64,000 bases of DNA, from IMG/VR virus record IMGVR_UViG_3300025423_000009, positions 32,001 to 96,000 of that record; one strand, given 5' to 3'. Under the pieces are notes generated by a model. The model worked only from the letters and a program-made list of their open reading frames with translations. It ran no database searches and had not been told where the DNA came from. Source of the stretch: a virus. Positions within the stretch are counted from its first letter, which is position 1; every line of letters begins with the position of its first letter. A program made the translations under genes and the position numbers. Of this stretch, positions 9,454-18,940 are shown one piece after another.

Positions 9454-10116
9454 ATGCATATTTATCGATATCCCTCCCGTGAACTTTTATGTTCACTTCC
9501 CAAACTCCCATTCTTTTATGTCATTCAACATCGCGTATCAGGCAAACTTTATGCCGGTTATAAAGGCAAAAAGCCTGATCTTGGAACGTTTATGACGAAT
9601 GATGGATATATGACCTCATCTGGATCAATCAAATACATTCTTAAAACAGAAGGAATTGACAGTTTTATTATTCGACGAATTCGACTATTTGATACTTATC
9701 AAGATGCATTTAATCATGAAATATCTTTTCTAAGTCGCATTGATGCCATGCATAATCTATCATTCTTTAATAAAACAAATGGCCATCCTGAATATACACA
9801 GACCGGCAGAATCACCTCTCTTCAGGCTCGAAATAAACTTTCAAAGGCCGCTAAAGGCAAAAAACAATCTCCTGAATGGATTGAGAAAAGAACGAAAAAG
9901 ATTCGCGGTATTAAGAGAACGCCTGAGCAAAATGAAAAGAATCGGCAGGCTAAATTGGGAACATTACATTCAGATGAAACCAAGCGTAAGATGTCGGAAT
10001 CACATAGAGGCGTTAAACGAGCTCCCCTCACTGAGGCTCATAGAAAAGCCATCAGTGAAGGGAATCGTAAGCGACAGGCTAATAAAATAAAAACTGCAGG
10101 GCAGCCAAGCCAATAA
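9454..10116 (+). mobile_element. Free-standing GIY-YIG (Seg-like) homing endonuclease with NUMOD3 repeats
   Basis: FFYVIQH...LYAGY, YMTSS, NKTNG and repeated HSDETKRKMSE-type units; AT-rich; opposite strand to its neighbours. Confidence 0.85.
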
Positions 10117-11653
10117 AGAATGTCCAAGCGGCGTAAGTCGAAATAAGACGTACTAGTTCATCATCTTTCAGATTAGCACCGCCTGCAGAATACATATTCA
10201 ATCCACGCTGAAGCTTACGAAGGTTGGCCGTCTGCTTAGACTTACCTTCTTTAAGCACCTTGATCACTCTGAGACGTTCTTCATGAGACAATGAAAGACC
10301 GGACTGAAGCGGAATTTTATTACAGATCTGTTCCATGAACTCGAAAACCTCTTCATCACTGGGATTGATATCCACCAAAAAAGCTCTTGTTCTGATTGCT
10401 CCGTCTGGATCGAGCTTGTCCATGTTCAGGTTCGAGATGAAGATGACCTTGCCCGTGAACTCGAAGTATCGAGGAATCTCACCGGCATCCAGAATCTCTT
10501 CGTCCGAACGGTCGTCGTCCGGATCGACAACATTTGATCCGCGTTTATTCCACACCAGCTTACGAATCTTCTTGGTATCAGTCGCCGCCTTCAGAATGTT
10601 ACGCGCTTCCTGATCCTTCAGCGCGTCATCGGAATCATCGAAGAGAATCACGCCATCCTTGTAGCGAAAGAGCAGAGTGTACAGACCGGCAGGAGAAGCC
10701 GTACCCGTGTTCTTGAAATAACCGTCGCCGTCCTTGAGGCCGAGTTCATGCAGCACTTCCTCGACCGTATGAGTCTTACCAACGCCACCGCGACCGGCAA
10801 TGAAGAGAGCATTCGACGAACCTCCGATCGTCATTTTGATCAAATGGCGCAGATCGGAAAGCTGAGTCTTATATGGTAAGCGCTCGATCAGCTTCTCGGT
10901 CTTGGAATCCGTGGAGTATTGCTCATCGGAAGATCCTCGCGATACGGAGGCACCGGTGCATCCGATTCCGGCCAAGACTTTGGACTTGGCAATGATCAAT
11001 TCACGCACGTCTTCGGCCGTTCCTGCCCATGCAAATGACTGCCCCTTCTTGACGATCAGATTGGGAAATTCCTTGATCAAAGCCGCAAAGATAAGCTCAC
11101 CGGTCTTACGATACTGATCGTAGATCGATCCGGGACCATACTTCTTCAAGTTATTGTCCTTGATCATGGCCACGATGCCGTCATAGGCCGTCTCGGGATG
11201 AACGGACTCGAGGATCAGGCCAGAAGCGACTTTCATGTCCAGCGACTCGTTCAGATCCACCTTGGTCGGAGGAGTGAGAAAGTGACCGGACTTGGTGTCA
11301 CCGGTCAGCACGTCGGCGATGATCGGAAGAGTCTGTGCCAAAGAAAGATTCGAGTCGAACTTGATGTGATACGGCGTCTTGGAATCCAACCAGACGTCCG
11401 CGGACTCGACTCCGGTCAGGCCGATCGAGTTGGCCGCCGACCAATTGATGCGGATCGAGCGATTGCCATCCGGAATGAAGAAACGAATGCCATATCCATG
11501 ACCAGCCACTTCGCTCTTAAACTCTTCTGCTTCAGGAAAATGAAAGAGCTCGGCCTCGAGCTTGCGATGCAGGTACGACTTGATCAGCACGGCCGCCTTG
11601 TGTAGGCCAGCCGGTGAGATGCCTTCAGAGAGGTAGTTTTTGAATGATTTCAT
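10079..11653 (-). CDS. AAA+ ATPase with N-terminal extension, late, probably capsid-targeted
   Basis: Walker A GRGGVGKT, Walker B ILFDDSD, LKAATD, AIRTR; N-terminus MKSFKNYLSE. Confidence 0.85.
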   Translation of the reverse strand: MKSFKNYLSEGISPAGLHKAAVLIKSYLHRKLEAELFHFPEAEEFKSEVAGHGYGIRFFIPDGNRSIRINWSAANSIGLTGVESADVWLDSKTPYHIKFDSNLSLAQTLPIIADVLTGDTKSGHFLTPPTKVDLNESLDMKVASGLILESVHPETAYDGIVAMIKDNNLKKYGPGSIYDQYRKTGELIFAALIKEFPNLIVKKGQSFAWAGTAEDVRELIIAKSKVLAGIGCTGASVSRGSSDEQYSTDSKTEKLIERLPYKTQLSDLRHLIKMTIGGSSNALFIAGRGGVGKTHTVEEVLHELGLKDGDGYFKNTGTASPAGLYTLLFRYKDGVILFDDSDDALKDQEARNILKAATDTKKIRKLVWNKRGSNVVDPDDDRSDEEILDAGEIPRYFEFTGKVIFISNLNMDKLDPDGAIRTRAFLVDINPSDEEVFEFMEQICNKIPLQSGLSLSHEERLRVIKVLKEGKSKQTANLRKLQRGLNMYSAGGANLKDDELVRLISTYAAWTFFIGLAALQFLFY

Positions 11654-11684
11654 GTGTGCTGGCTGTATTTATACGACGTTCGGA

Positions 11685-11801
11685 TTATATCCAGCGCCTG
11701 GCCTGCTCACGATCTTCTTCCGTAGTTTGCATGGCAATAAACAGATCGTCAAGCGTCATGTCCGTAACAATGATCTCGGTCATGTTTAATACGCTACCCA
11801 T
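11685..11801 (-). CDS. Possible 38-aa ORF
   Basis: Read by hand; fills the gap between genes. Confidence 0.3.
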   Translation of the reverse strand: MGSVLNMTEIIVTDMTLDDLFIAMQTTEEDREQARRWI

Positions 11802-12088
11802 ATACGAACGAAACGAGGTTCAAAGTGACCAGAATATTGATCGTCTATGACCCATACTTCCTGTCGTTCAGTTGCCCAATATCCAGTGCAGACTGGAGTT
11901 ACAACTATAGGAGCATATTGATAATATGGTCGAGAACAATATGGTCTCGGATAGCAATCGCTATTATAGCCTCCGCCGACATAGACTGGTGCCGGTGATG
12001 CTACGATGCCGATTGAGAAGTTAAAATGACTATGGGCTGAAGCCGATAGAGCCATTAAAAGAGAAGTTAAAATAAAGTACTTTTTCAT
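11786..12088 (-). CDS. Secreted Pro/Tyr-rich protein (PXPV/YXWGXW-like)
   Basis: Signal peptide MKKYFILTSLLMALSASA, then FSIGIVASPAPVYV and a C-terminal GYW...GHF...W pattern. Confidence 0.6.
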   Translation of the reverse strand: MKKYFILTSLLMALSASAHSHFNFSIGIVASPAPVYVGGGYNSDCYPRPYCSRPYYQYAPIVVTPVCTGYWATERQEVWVIDDQYSGHFEPRFVRIWVAY

Positions 12089-12107
12089 ATTCATATTCAT
12101 ATTTATA

Positions 12108-12299
12108 TCAATCCCAAATTTCCACTCTTTCGAGAGCCGCGGCCGGATAGATTTGAACGGATCCATGTTCGGTCGAGGATTCGACGGCATATCCTTCCGG
12201 AGTCAGCGATGTTGAATAGGTTCCGACGACGATGCCTTTCCAGCATGATCCCTTGATTTTACGAACTGAATCGCCGAGTTTGAATTTTGGTTCTTGCAT
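12108..12299 (-). CDS. dfrB: Type II (R67/DfrB-like) dihydrofolate reductase, 63 aa
   Basis: FKLGDSVRK...[17 protein letters not shown]...[12 protein letters not shown] aligns without gaps to the R67 sequence as recalled; VQIY, K32 and W38 retained. Confidence 0.85.
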   Translation of the reverse strand: MQEPKFKLGDSVRKIKGSCWKGIVVGTYSTSLTPEGYAVESSTEHGSVQIYPAAALERVEIWD

Positions 12300-12303
12300 A
12301 GTT

Positions 12304-13698
12304 TTATACTTTGATGTTCGAGATTGATATGGCCTTGCGTCCCTTGTCCCAGGGCTTTGTTGTTTGAGATGTTGGACCGTCCGGCGTCGAGGATCCGATG
12401 ATGGTCTGACCCGAGTTGTTGACGTCATACAGTCGCATCTTGGATTTATCTACTCCGACAATGAAGCGCTTATTATTGGCCTTGTTATTGTATCGATTCT
12501 TGAGTTGCTTGATCAAGTATTGACCAAGCTTCTCGAGCTGCTCAGTCTCAGTCAACGAGAGCATGAAGTCCGCCGTGCCGGTCAGAGCGAATGAGTCCGC
12601 GATATCCGTCATCTCGGGATCAGATGAGTTCATGCCCATACGATTGACCTGCGTGGCCGTCCACAGAGGAACATTGAACTCGATGGCCAGACCACGAAGC
12701 TCCTCGGACACGGCCTTCACGAATGAATTTGTGTTCACGGCCGTCGACAGTCCCTTCACACGAGCCGACGAGCAGATGCCGATGTAGTCAACGAATATGA
12801 CTTCTGGAATGAAGTTTCTCTTCAATTTAAGCTCATTGAGGAGAGCTCGAAAGTGACCGGAATGTGCGGCCGCCGTAGGATACTCCTTGATGATCAGCTT
12901 GCCATGAGTCTTGGCCGCGATCTTTTTGACCTTGGACTCGAAGACATCGCGTGGTAACTCTTCTACCTGTTCCAGAGGAACGTCGAAAAGATTGGCATCG
13001 ATGCGTTCGGCGATGCGTTCTTCCGACATCTCGAGCGTGATGTAGAGCACATTCTTGCCCTGTGAGAGATATGATGCGGCCAGATGACAGAGTACCAAAC
13101 TTTTGCCCACATTCACACCAGCCATAACGATGTTCAGCGTCTTCTTGGGAACACCACCACGAGTGATCGCATTCAGCATCTCGATGTCGAATGGCATACG
13201 AGATTCCTTTTTGTGATAGTACTCGTATCGCTGAGGAGCATTCTCGACGTAGTCATGACCGACGTTGGTATCGAACGTGACCGACAATGCCTTCTGCAGA
13301 ATGTTGGGAATCATTCCCGGAGCCGTGTCCTTGCGTTTACCATCGATGATCGCGATCGATTCCATGACGGCCAGAAAGACCGCACGTTCCTGACACCACT
13401 TCTCGGTCTGATGAATCAGCCAATCGTGATCAACCTTCTCAGGTGTAATCAACTCTCGAATGACCTCGGCCGCATGATTTCGAGTCTCCAGCGATCCCTT
13501 GGTCGAAGATTCGAGCTCGATGGTCAATGCCGGAGAAGTCGGAATCTTGTTGTACTTGAGAATGAAGTCGAGGATGAGCTCGTAAGCCACTCGTTCTCCA
13601 CCCTCGAAGTACTCGGGCTTCACGTGAGGCATTGCCTTGCGACAGTATGCCTCATCGTTCACAAACGTCTTAAGAATCAGTCTCTGTAAGTTTTCCAT
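12304..13698 (-). CDS. 41: Replicative DNA helicase gp41
   Basis: MAGVNVGKS Walker [27 protein letters not shown]. Confidence 0.95.
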   Translation of the reverse strand: MENLQRLILKTFVNDEAYCRKAMPHVKPEYFEGGERVAYELILDFILKYNKIPTSPALTIELESSTKGSLETRNHAAEVIRELITPEKVDHDWLIHQTEKWCQERAVFLAVMESIAIIDGKRKDTAPGMIPNILQKALSVTFDTNVGHDYVENAPQRYEYYHKKESRMPFDIEMLNAITRGGVPKKTLNIVMAGVNVGKSLVLCHLAASYLSQGKNVLYITLEMSEERIAERIDANLFDVPLEQVEELPRDVFESKVKKIAAKTHGKLIIKEYPTAAAHSGHFRALLNELKLKRNFIPEVIFVDYIGICSSARVKGLSTAVNTNSFVKAVSEELRGLAIEFNVPLWTATQVNRMGMNSSDPEMTDIADSFALTGTADFMLSLTETEQLEKLGQYLIKQLKNRYNNKANNKRFIVGVDKSKMRLYDVNNSGQTIIGSSTPDGPTSQTTKPWDKGRKAISISNIKV

Positions 13699-14041
13699 TA
13701 TATTCTTTCTTGCCAATCTTCGATCCGGGACTCAGCAGAATCTCTCTAAGAATGTCGCCGGCATGTTGATGAAACTTCAAATCATTCATGAACTTAGTGT
13801 TATGAAGGATCGTGTAGTTGAACGATAGCTTGGCCACTCCAAGCTCGGGATCTTCAGTGACTCGTACCCAGTCGTAACTGTACACGGTTCCCTTGAAGGG
13901 TCCGGTCAGTAATTCTATCACGGCATTGGTGTCTTGTACAGTCTGAAAGAAACCAATGCGATAGTCGACGTCCTCAATCGGATTCGTCTTCAGCCCCAGA
14001 GCTCTTGCGAGTAGCAAGCATCTCTTTGTGGCCCATTGCAT
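13670..14041 (-). CDS. 40: gp40-like head vertex assembly chaperone (start uncertain)
   Basis: Position between uvsX and 41; IELLTGPFKGTVYSY...LSFNY. Confidence 0.55.
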   Translation of the reverse strand: MQWATKRCLLLARALGLKTNPIEDVDYRIGFFQTVQDTNAVIELLTGPFKGTVYSYDWVRVTEDPELGVAKLSFNYTILHNTKFMNDLKFHQHAGDILREILLSPGSKIGKKEYNGKLTETDS

Positions 14042-15044
14042 AACGATTCTTAACATATTCTTTGAAGTCGGTCTTCTCGTAGATGGTGTTCCAAAATGAA
14101 TCATCGAAGGTCTGATCGGCACGAAGCTTCTTGCTCAGGTCCTTCTTGCTCTTTGGATCATGTGCGACATACCATCCAACTTGAGGCTTGAGCACGTATC
14201 CGCCGTCGACGGCAATATCAAGCAAACCGGAATTGCGTTCGATACCGCCTTCCCAAGACACGGAGATCGGAATCTTGGACTTCTCACGGACGAAGCGTGA
14301 CTTCTCGACGTTGATGTTGAAGTGATAGCCCTTCATCTCATCTCCGTCTTTGTCCTGAGAACGCCCGATGATCCATGCCGTATCGGCGGAATATACTATT
14401 CCAGTGCCACCCGATATGACAGGTTTCGAATACATCTCCTGTGTCATGTAGATGTGTGCGATTCCGATAAGAGGAATGTCTTTCAAAGATAGCATCGGAG
14501 TGACCATGCGGAACAAACCCTTGAGCGCCTTGGCTCGAGTCATGTCGGCTACGGACTTCTCATTGATCGCATCCTCGATTTCTTTCTTTGAGGCTAAATT
14601 GCCGATCGAGTCGATCATGATGATGACCTTGTCACCACGATTGATGTTTTGAAGCTGAGATACCAGATCGAACTTAAGCTCTTCGATATTCGTGATGGGA
14701 GTATGAAGAACACGCGAAGTGTCGATACCAAACGAGGTGAAGTAGGCCTGTGGAGATCCGAACTCGGAGTCATAGAACATGCACACGGCATCTGAATGCT
14801 GCTTCAAGTACGAAGCGACCATGAGCAGACCGAAGCTCGTCTTGAAGTGTTTGGATGGACCGGCCAGAACCGTGAGGCCAGAAGTGAGGCCTCCATCGAT
14901 AGAACCCGAAAGGGCCACGTTAATCATGGGCACTTCGGTTCGAGTGAACTCTTTCGTGCCGAATAGTTTCGAGTCGGCCATGACTTCGGCACCGTCGATC
15001 TTGGATGCTTTCTTGAGACGTTCGAGTAATGATGTTGATGACAT
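13974..15044 (-). CDS. uvsX: UvsX RecA-like recombinase
   Basis: AGPSKHFKT, FYDSEFG, IDSIGNLAS, SGGTG. Confidence 0.95.
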   Translation of the reverse strand: MSSTSLLERLKKASKIDGAEVMADSKLFGTKEFTRTEVPMINVALSGSIDGGLTSGLTVLAGPSKHFKTSFGLLMVASYLKQHSDAVCMFYDSEFGSPQAYFTSFGIDTSRVLHTPITNIEELKFDLVSQLQNINRGDKVIIMIDSIGNLASKKEIEDAINEKSVADMTRAKALKGLFRMVTPMLSLKDIPLIGIAHIYMTQEMYSKPVISGGTGIVYSADTAWIIGRSQDKDGDEMKGYHFNINVEKSRFVREKSKIPISVSWEGGIERNSGLLDIAVDGGYVLKPQVGWYVAHDPKSKKDLSKKLRADQTFDDSFWNTIYEKTDFKEYVKNRYAMGHKEMLATRKSSGAEDESD

Positions 15045-15047
15045 AAA

Positions 15048-15224
15048 TTATTTTTTCTTGGATGATGTGATGATTACTTCATGATTTTCTTCAAGCGTGT
15101 CGGACACTAAATTGATGACCAATTCCGGAGTTACGATAGAACACCAGTCATTCTCTTCATCTTCACAGAAGTCTGAAACTTTCTTCATGTAAAGCTCATA
15201 TAGTTTCTTTCGATCGATCTTCAT
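15048..15224 (-). CDS. Small hypothetical protein
   Basis: Follows promoter TGTACA-N17-TATATT at 15234-15262. Confidence 0.55.
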   Translation of the reverse strand: MKIDRKKLYELYMKKVSDFCEDEENDWCSIVTPELVINLVSDTLEENHEVIITSSKKK

Positions 15225-15266
15225 TGTTTGTTTAATATAAACCACTCCAATTTGTTTGTACAGCTA

Positions 15267-16466
15267 TTAAGAAAAGAATGTTTCCAGAGAAGAAGCGTTC
15301 TCGATGCGATCGTGATGATTATCCTGAATCACAAAGTCGGAATTGACGAAGTCAAGTTTACCCTCCAGATACTTTCGAACCATGCGAGCCGGATGACGAG
15401 CCGTAGTAACCGGAACGTTCTGACAGACATGATTAAGATTGCGCAGAGGATTCAGAAGCTGAAAGTCCAGAGGCATCTTCATGATGGAGAGGACTTCGCG
15501 GACATTGAGGAATCGATCCTCGCAATGATGAGTCAGATGCGTGGGCATGTGACCGACAAAGGCACCGATGACTCCACATGGAACCTCGATCTGCTTGCGC
15601 ATGATGTTGCCTCCCATGCCAAGCTTCAGATGCATGGTTTTGCATCTTTCGGCGTGCTTGGAGAAGCCATTACGAGCCATCCATTCGGAGACTTTCATGT
15701 AGTCGTGTCCGGATGATTCGATCGTTCGAAGGACATTGATCGTTCGTGTTAGCGACTCAGTATACTGACGATGTGACATGCCGCCGAGAATTTCCTCGAG
15801 CAGGTAACGGTAATAAGGATCTTGAGAAGGTACTTTTTCATTGGCTAAAATCTGAAACATCGGATCGTTTTTGGCGCAGCGTTTGGCCAGATCAATCGTC
15901 TCCTCGATACGTTCGGATTTAGCATTCTTGTCCGTGTACTCGAGGAGAGGAACACGATCCTTCTCCTTCCAGAAGAAGTAGAACGTGCGTTCGCGAACCT
16001 GAGAGAGTCCATGAAGGCGAGAGGCCGTACGAAAGATGGAGAACGTGTATCCGTTCTTGTGCCCAATCTTGCGAAGGCGATCAACGACCGGCTGACCAAG
16101 CTTGGACGACAATCGCGGCGCATTCTCACCCCACATAACACGAGGACGAACGTTCTCGAGCACGTACTCCGCCGAGCGGTACATCCACTCATTCATCTTG
16201 GAATTTGAAGCCGCGGATTGTGATAGAGAAGAGAGTCCGCTACATGGACAGACCGTGTTGACCACATCAACCGAGTGTGAATGCTTCTGACCCTGATCGA
16301 GTAGAAAGTATGGCACCTCGTTATTGTAGTAGTTGAGTAGATGAGCGTCATTGTCCTTGAATGGAGAGAACGAGAGGATGTAGTCCGGTCGAGTATTGTC
16401 GAACTCGAGTTGCTGAGCGATGGTCTCTCCGCCGATTAGAGGAACTATGGATGCGTGTTTAATCAT
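15267..16466 (-). CDS. C5-cytosine methyltransferase-fold protein with degenerate SAM-binding motif I
   Basis: Motif IV CPCSG, VI GENAP, VIII QVRERTF and X QNVP; motif I reads VPLIGG rather than FxGxG. Confidence 0.75.
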   Translation of the reverse strand: MIKHASIVPLIGGETIAQQLEFDNTRPDYILSFSPFKDNDAHLLNYYNNEVPYFLLDQGQKHSHSVDVVNTVCPCSGLSSLSQSAASNSKMNEWMYRSAEYVLENVRPRVMWGENAPRLSSKLGQPVVDRLRKIGHKNGYTFSIFRTASRLHGLSQVRERTFYFFWKEKDRVPLLEYTDKNAKSERIEETIDLAKRCAKNDPMFQILANEKVPSQDPYYRYLLEEILGGMSHRQYTESLTRTINVLRTIESSGHDYMKVSEWMARNGFSKHAERCKTMHLKLGMGGNIMRKQIEVPCGVIGAFVGHMPTHLTHHCEDRFLNVREVLSIMKMPLDFQLLNPLRNLNHVCQNVPVTTARHPARMVRKYLEGKLDFVNSDFVIQDNHHDRIENASSLETFFS

Positions 16467-17581
16467 GCAAAGAATTCTTCGAGGATAGTCGTGTGATTGT
16501 TCATATCTGATTTATTCATCTTCTTCAGAGACTTTTTCTTGTCCGGCACTGGAAATTCAGACGTACCATTCCAGTGAGGATAGAACTCTCGAGAGAGGTG
16601 AATCGAATGAGGTTTCTCCATGTATTTGAAATCGAGCTCTCCCTTGGAGTTTAGAAGGTAATCGGTCCAACGAATGAAGCGAATCCCTCTACCTTTACAA
16701 AGATTTTCAAGATCTCGATTAAATACTCTGCGAATATCATCTCTTTGTTGCCAAGAACCCCAGAAAGGTTTGCCTTTATAGTAACCAGTCTTAGGAAGCT
16801 TACGTGACTCATTTTCAATTGGAAGGAGTTCATAGACTGATTTGTTTTTAATAGATAATGCATCTACGGCTTGCACATATCTTTTGGCCAATGAAGTAGC
16901 ATTTTCAAAGGCATCACCCTCGATGCGGCACAGATGATGGCGCACGTCGATGTTGCCAAAGTAACACTCTATAGATGATACCCTATCAAGGCTCGTGAAT
17001 TCATCGATGAACGTATTCAGGCCAGTGTTCAGAGCGCCGTTCAGAGTCTTGAACGGCACGGAGTTCACGGTCCATCCCGGTCGATGCATGCAGATGGCAT
17101 GAGAGTCTCCAATGACGATCTTGTCCGTGACGTGTGGAAAGCGAACTCGAGTCGACTCGAGGCGCATGCGCTTGAGATTCGCCAGATCCGTCTCGAGCCA
17201 TTCGGGCTGAATCTCCTTGGAGTTCTTTCGAGCATTCTCGATGCGTTCGGCAATCATCTCATCGATGGCCGGAAAGTCAACGGCCAGAGAGTACACCTTC
17301 CCTCTGAACTTCGAGAAGTTACGAATGTTCCATGCATATGGAAAGGATTGAACTCCGCCAAAGAGGTTCAGTGTACCGGTCCAATCGGAACCCCAATACA
17401 CATACACAACATCATACTCATTATGATCTTCATGGGCATTACCGGCCCAATTGACGTCAACGCGATCATACTTGCCGGTCTGACGAATCTGATCCGCGTA
17501 GATGACGCCTTGTGCGGATCGATGGGATGCCAGACGAGGAACTATCGGAATGAAGGGTGCGGTTACAAGAGCTTTCATCAT
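16463..17581 (-). CDS. Fusion of a T4 beta-glucosyltransferase N-domain-like region and an SGNH hydrolase/acyltransferase domain
   Basis: NEYDVVYV...LNLFGG...KFRGKVYSLAVD resembles recalled BGT NDYDRLIV...INFFGG...KYKSKIYYLFTD; C-half carries GDSH, GNID and SIHLS. Confidence 0.6.
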   Translation of the reverse strand: MMKALVTAPFIPIVPRLASHRSAQGVIYADQIRQTGKYDRVDVNWAGNAHEDHNEYDVVYVYWGSDWTGTLNLFGGVQSFPYAWNIRNFSKFRGKVYSLAVDFPAIDEMIAERIENARKNSKEIQPEWLETDLANLKRMRLESTRVRFPHVTDKIVIGDSHAICMHRPGWTVNSVPFKTLNGALNTGLNTFIDEFTSLDRVSSIECYFGNIDVRHHLCRIEGDAFENATSLAKRYVQAVDALSIKNKSVYELLPIENESRKLPKTGYYKGKPFWGSWQQRDDIRRVFNRDLENLCKGRGIRFIRWTDYLLNSKGELDFKYMEKPHSIHLSREFYPHWNGTSEFPVPDKKKSLKKMNKSDMNNHTTILEEFFA

Positions 17582-17587
17582 GTAAGT

Positions 17588-17615
17588 ATTATATCGCACT
17601 TCAGACTTCTGTAAA
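17588..17615 (-). promoter_or_regulatory. Sigma70-type promoter TTTACA-N16-TATAAT, leaderless geometry
   Basis: ATG at 17581 begins 6 nt after the -10 box. Confidence 0.7.
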
Positions 17616-18662
17616 TTCCAAAGTAGCGCGATCGTAATTTTTATCCCAGAGACGACGCGTCGTGTGCCCATTCAGCACGACCTTGCCTTCCGGATGCTTG
17701 GCCAGATCGAAATCCATCGGAAAGATCCAATCATAAGGAATACGCTTCGTTGGATGTTTTACGCCATGATGGATAAAAATAGACTTTGCAAAAAAACATG
17801 ACTTATCCTCTACGTTCAGCATCTTCTGCGAAGTCATAGGATTGTCTGGATGCTCACAGAGGTAACTCATCTGAGAAAGCCACACGTTGGCCTGATGATT
17901 CTTTGGAACGAACTCGCCGTCCGCATCGATCTCATACTTCACCTTGCCGTTGACGTTCTCGAGGAAGATCTGATGCATGCCGTCGAAGTGTCCGGTGCCG
18001 CCGAAAAGGACAGACTCCGGATCGACGAGATGAGGATAGGCCATTGCGACGTATCGAGCCGTGTTCTTACACGGATAGAGCGGAGAACGAAAGTTTTGTT
18101 CCTTCTTGAAGTGAGCCTCGAGGATCTTGGCAAACTGCATCATCGTGTACCTCTTGCCGTTTGTAAGGTGATGATGCAGAGCATTCGCCGCTTTCAGCGG
18201 TCCAGTCAGGAGCCACTCCTTCACGTCCGTACCCTTGGGATAGTAGATCTGAAAGAGGTCCGAACGGGCATGGCGATTATGCTTGAAGTGTTCGCGAGTC
18301 TTATCGATGCCGTGGGTCATCAGATGAGTTAGAGTACCCCAATGCTCATTGGTAAACGAGAAGACGAGGGCGTACCAAAGACGATCACGAGAGTCTTTTA
18401 CTCCTGTCATGAGCTCCACGAAAGGATGTTCATGCCAATGAAGACGATGGGAGAAGATCTGATAGTCTTCTCGAAGGAGACGATCTTCTCGCTTATCAAA
18501 CTCTCGGCAGAATTCAAAGAACTTCTCGAGCCTCTCGTCTTGAGTCCACTCACGCATCCAAGAATCCGTAGGCTTACCGTCTTTCAATAGTACCTGCGTC
18601 GTATTTGGATACTCGATGTTGCGATAGGGAATGGATCCCTCGATGAAAGGCTCGAGACTCAT
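17601..18662 (-). CDS. aGPT-Pplase / 5-hmU-kinase-helical (HhH-like) DNA base-modification protein, paralogue A
   Basis: C-terminal GGTGHFDGMHQI...NVEDKSCFFAK matches the GPGA.RGL...DIEN.LCE.K pattern as recalled; located in the gp42 cluster. Confidence 0.55.
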   Translation of the reverse strand: MSLEPFIEGSIPYRNIEYPNTTQVLLKDGKPTDSWMREWTQDERLEKFFEFCREFDKREDRLLREDYQIFSHRLHWHEHPFVELMTGVKDSRDRLWYALVFSFTNEHWGTLTHLMTHGIDKTREHFKHNRHARSDLFQIYYPKGTDVKEWLLTGPLKAANALHHHLTNGKRYTMMQFAKILEAHFKKEQNFRSPLYPCKNTARYVAMAYPHLVDPESVLFGGTGHFDGMHQIFLENVNGKVKYEIDADGEFVPKNHQANVWLSQMSYLCEHPDNPMTSQKMLNVEDKSCFFAKSIFIHHGVKHPTKRIPYDWIFPMDFDLAKHPEGKVVLNGHTTRRLWDKNYDRATLEFTEV

Positions 18663-18663
18663 G

Positions 18664-18888
18664 TTATTCGCGTTCTTCGACTGAATCGGCGATCTCGAGG
18701 AGCGAATCAGCGATCAGACGAGCCGCGCGAGGCTCGAACGTAAACGTCGTTACGTCTTCCTCGTTCTCGATGTACTTCAGCGTAACAAACCCCGGGGCCT
18801 GTTGATCCTGCTCGACGAGCCAATGATAGTAGCCGTGACAGTCACTGATTTTTACCGTTTTTTCCCGTGTGTATGTTTTGTTGCTCAT
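18664..18888 (-). CDS. Hypothetical protein
   Basis: Clean 74-aa ORF abutting the downstream gene. Confidence 0.6.
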   Translation of the reverse strand: MSNKTYTREKTVKISDCHGYYHWLVEQDQQAPGFVTLKYIENEEDVTTFTFEPRAARLIADSLLEIADSVEERE

Positions 18889-18940
18889 ATTGTTTATTGT
18901 TTTTTTTATCTCGATCCGAATTATTACTTATCTAGATAAA

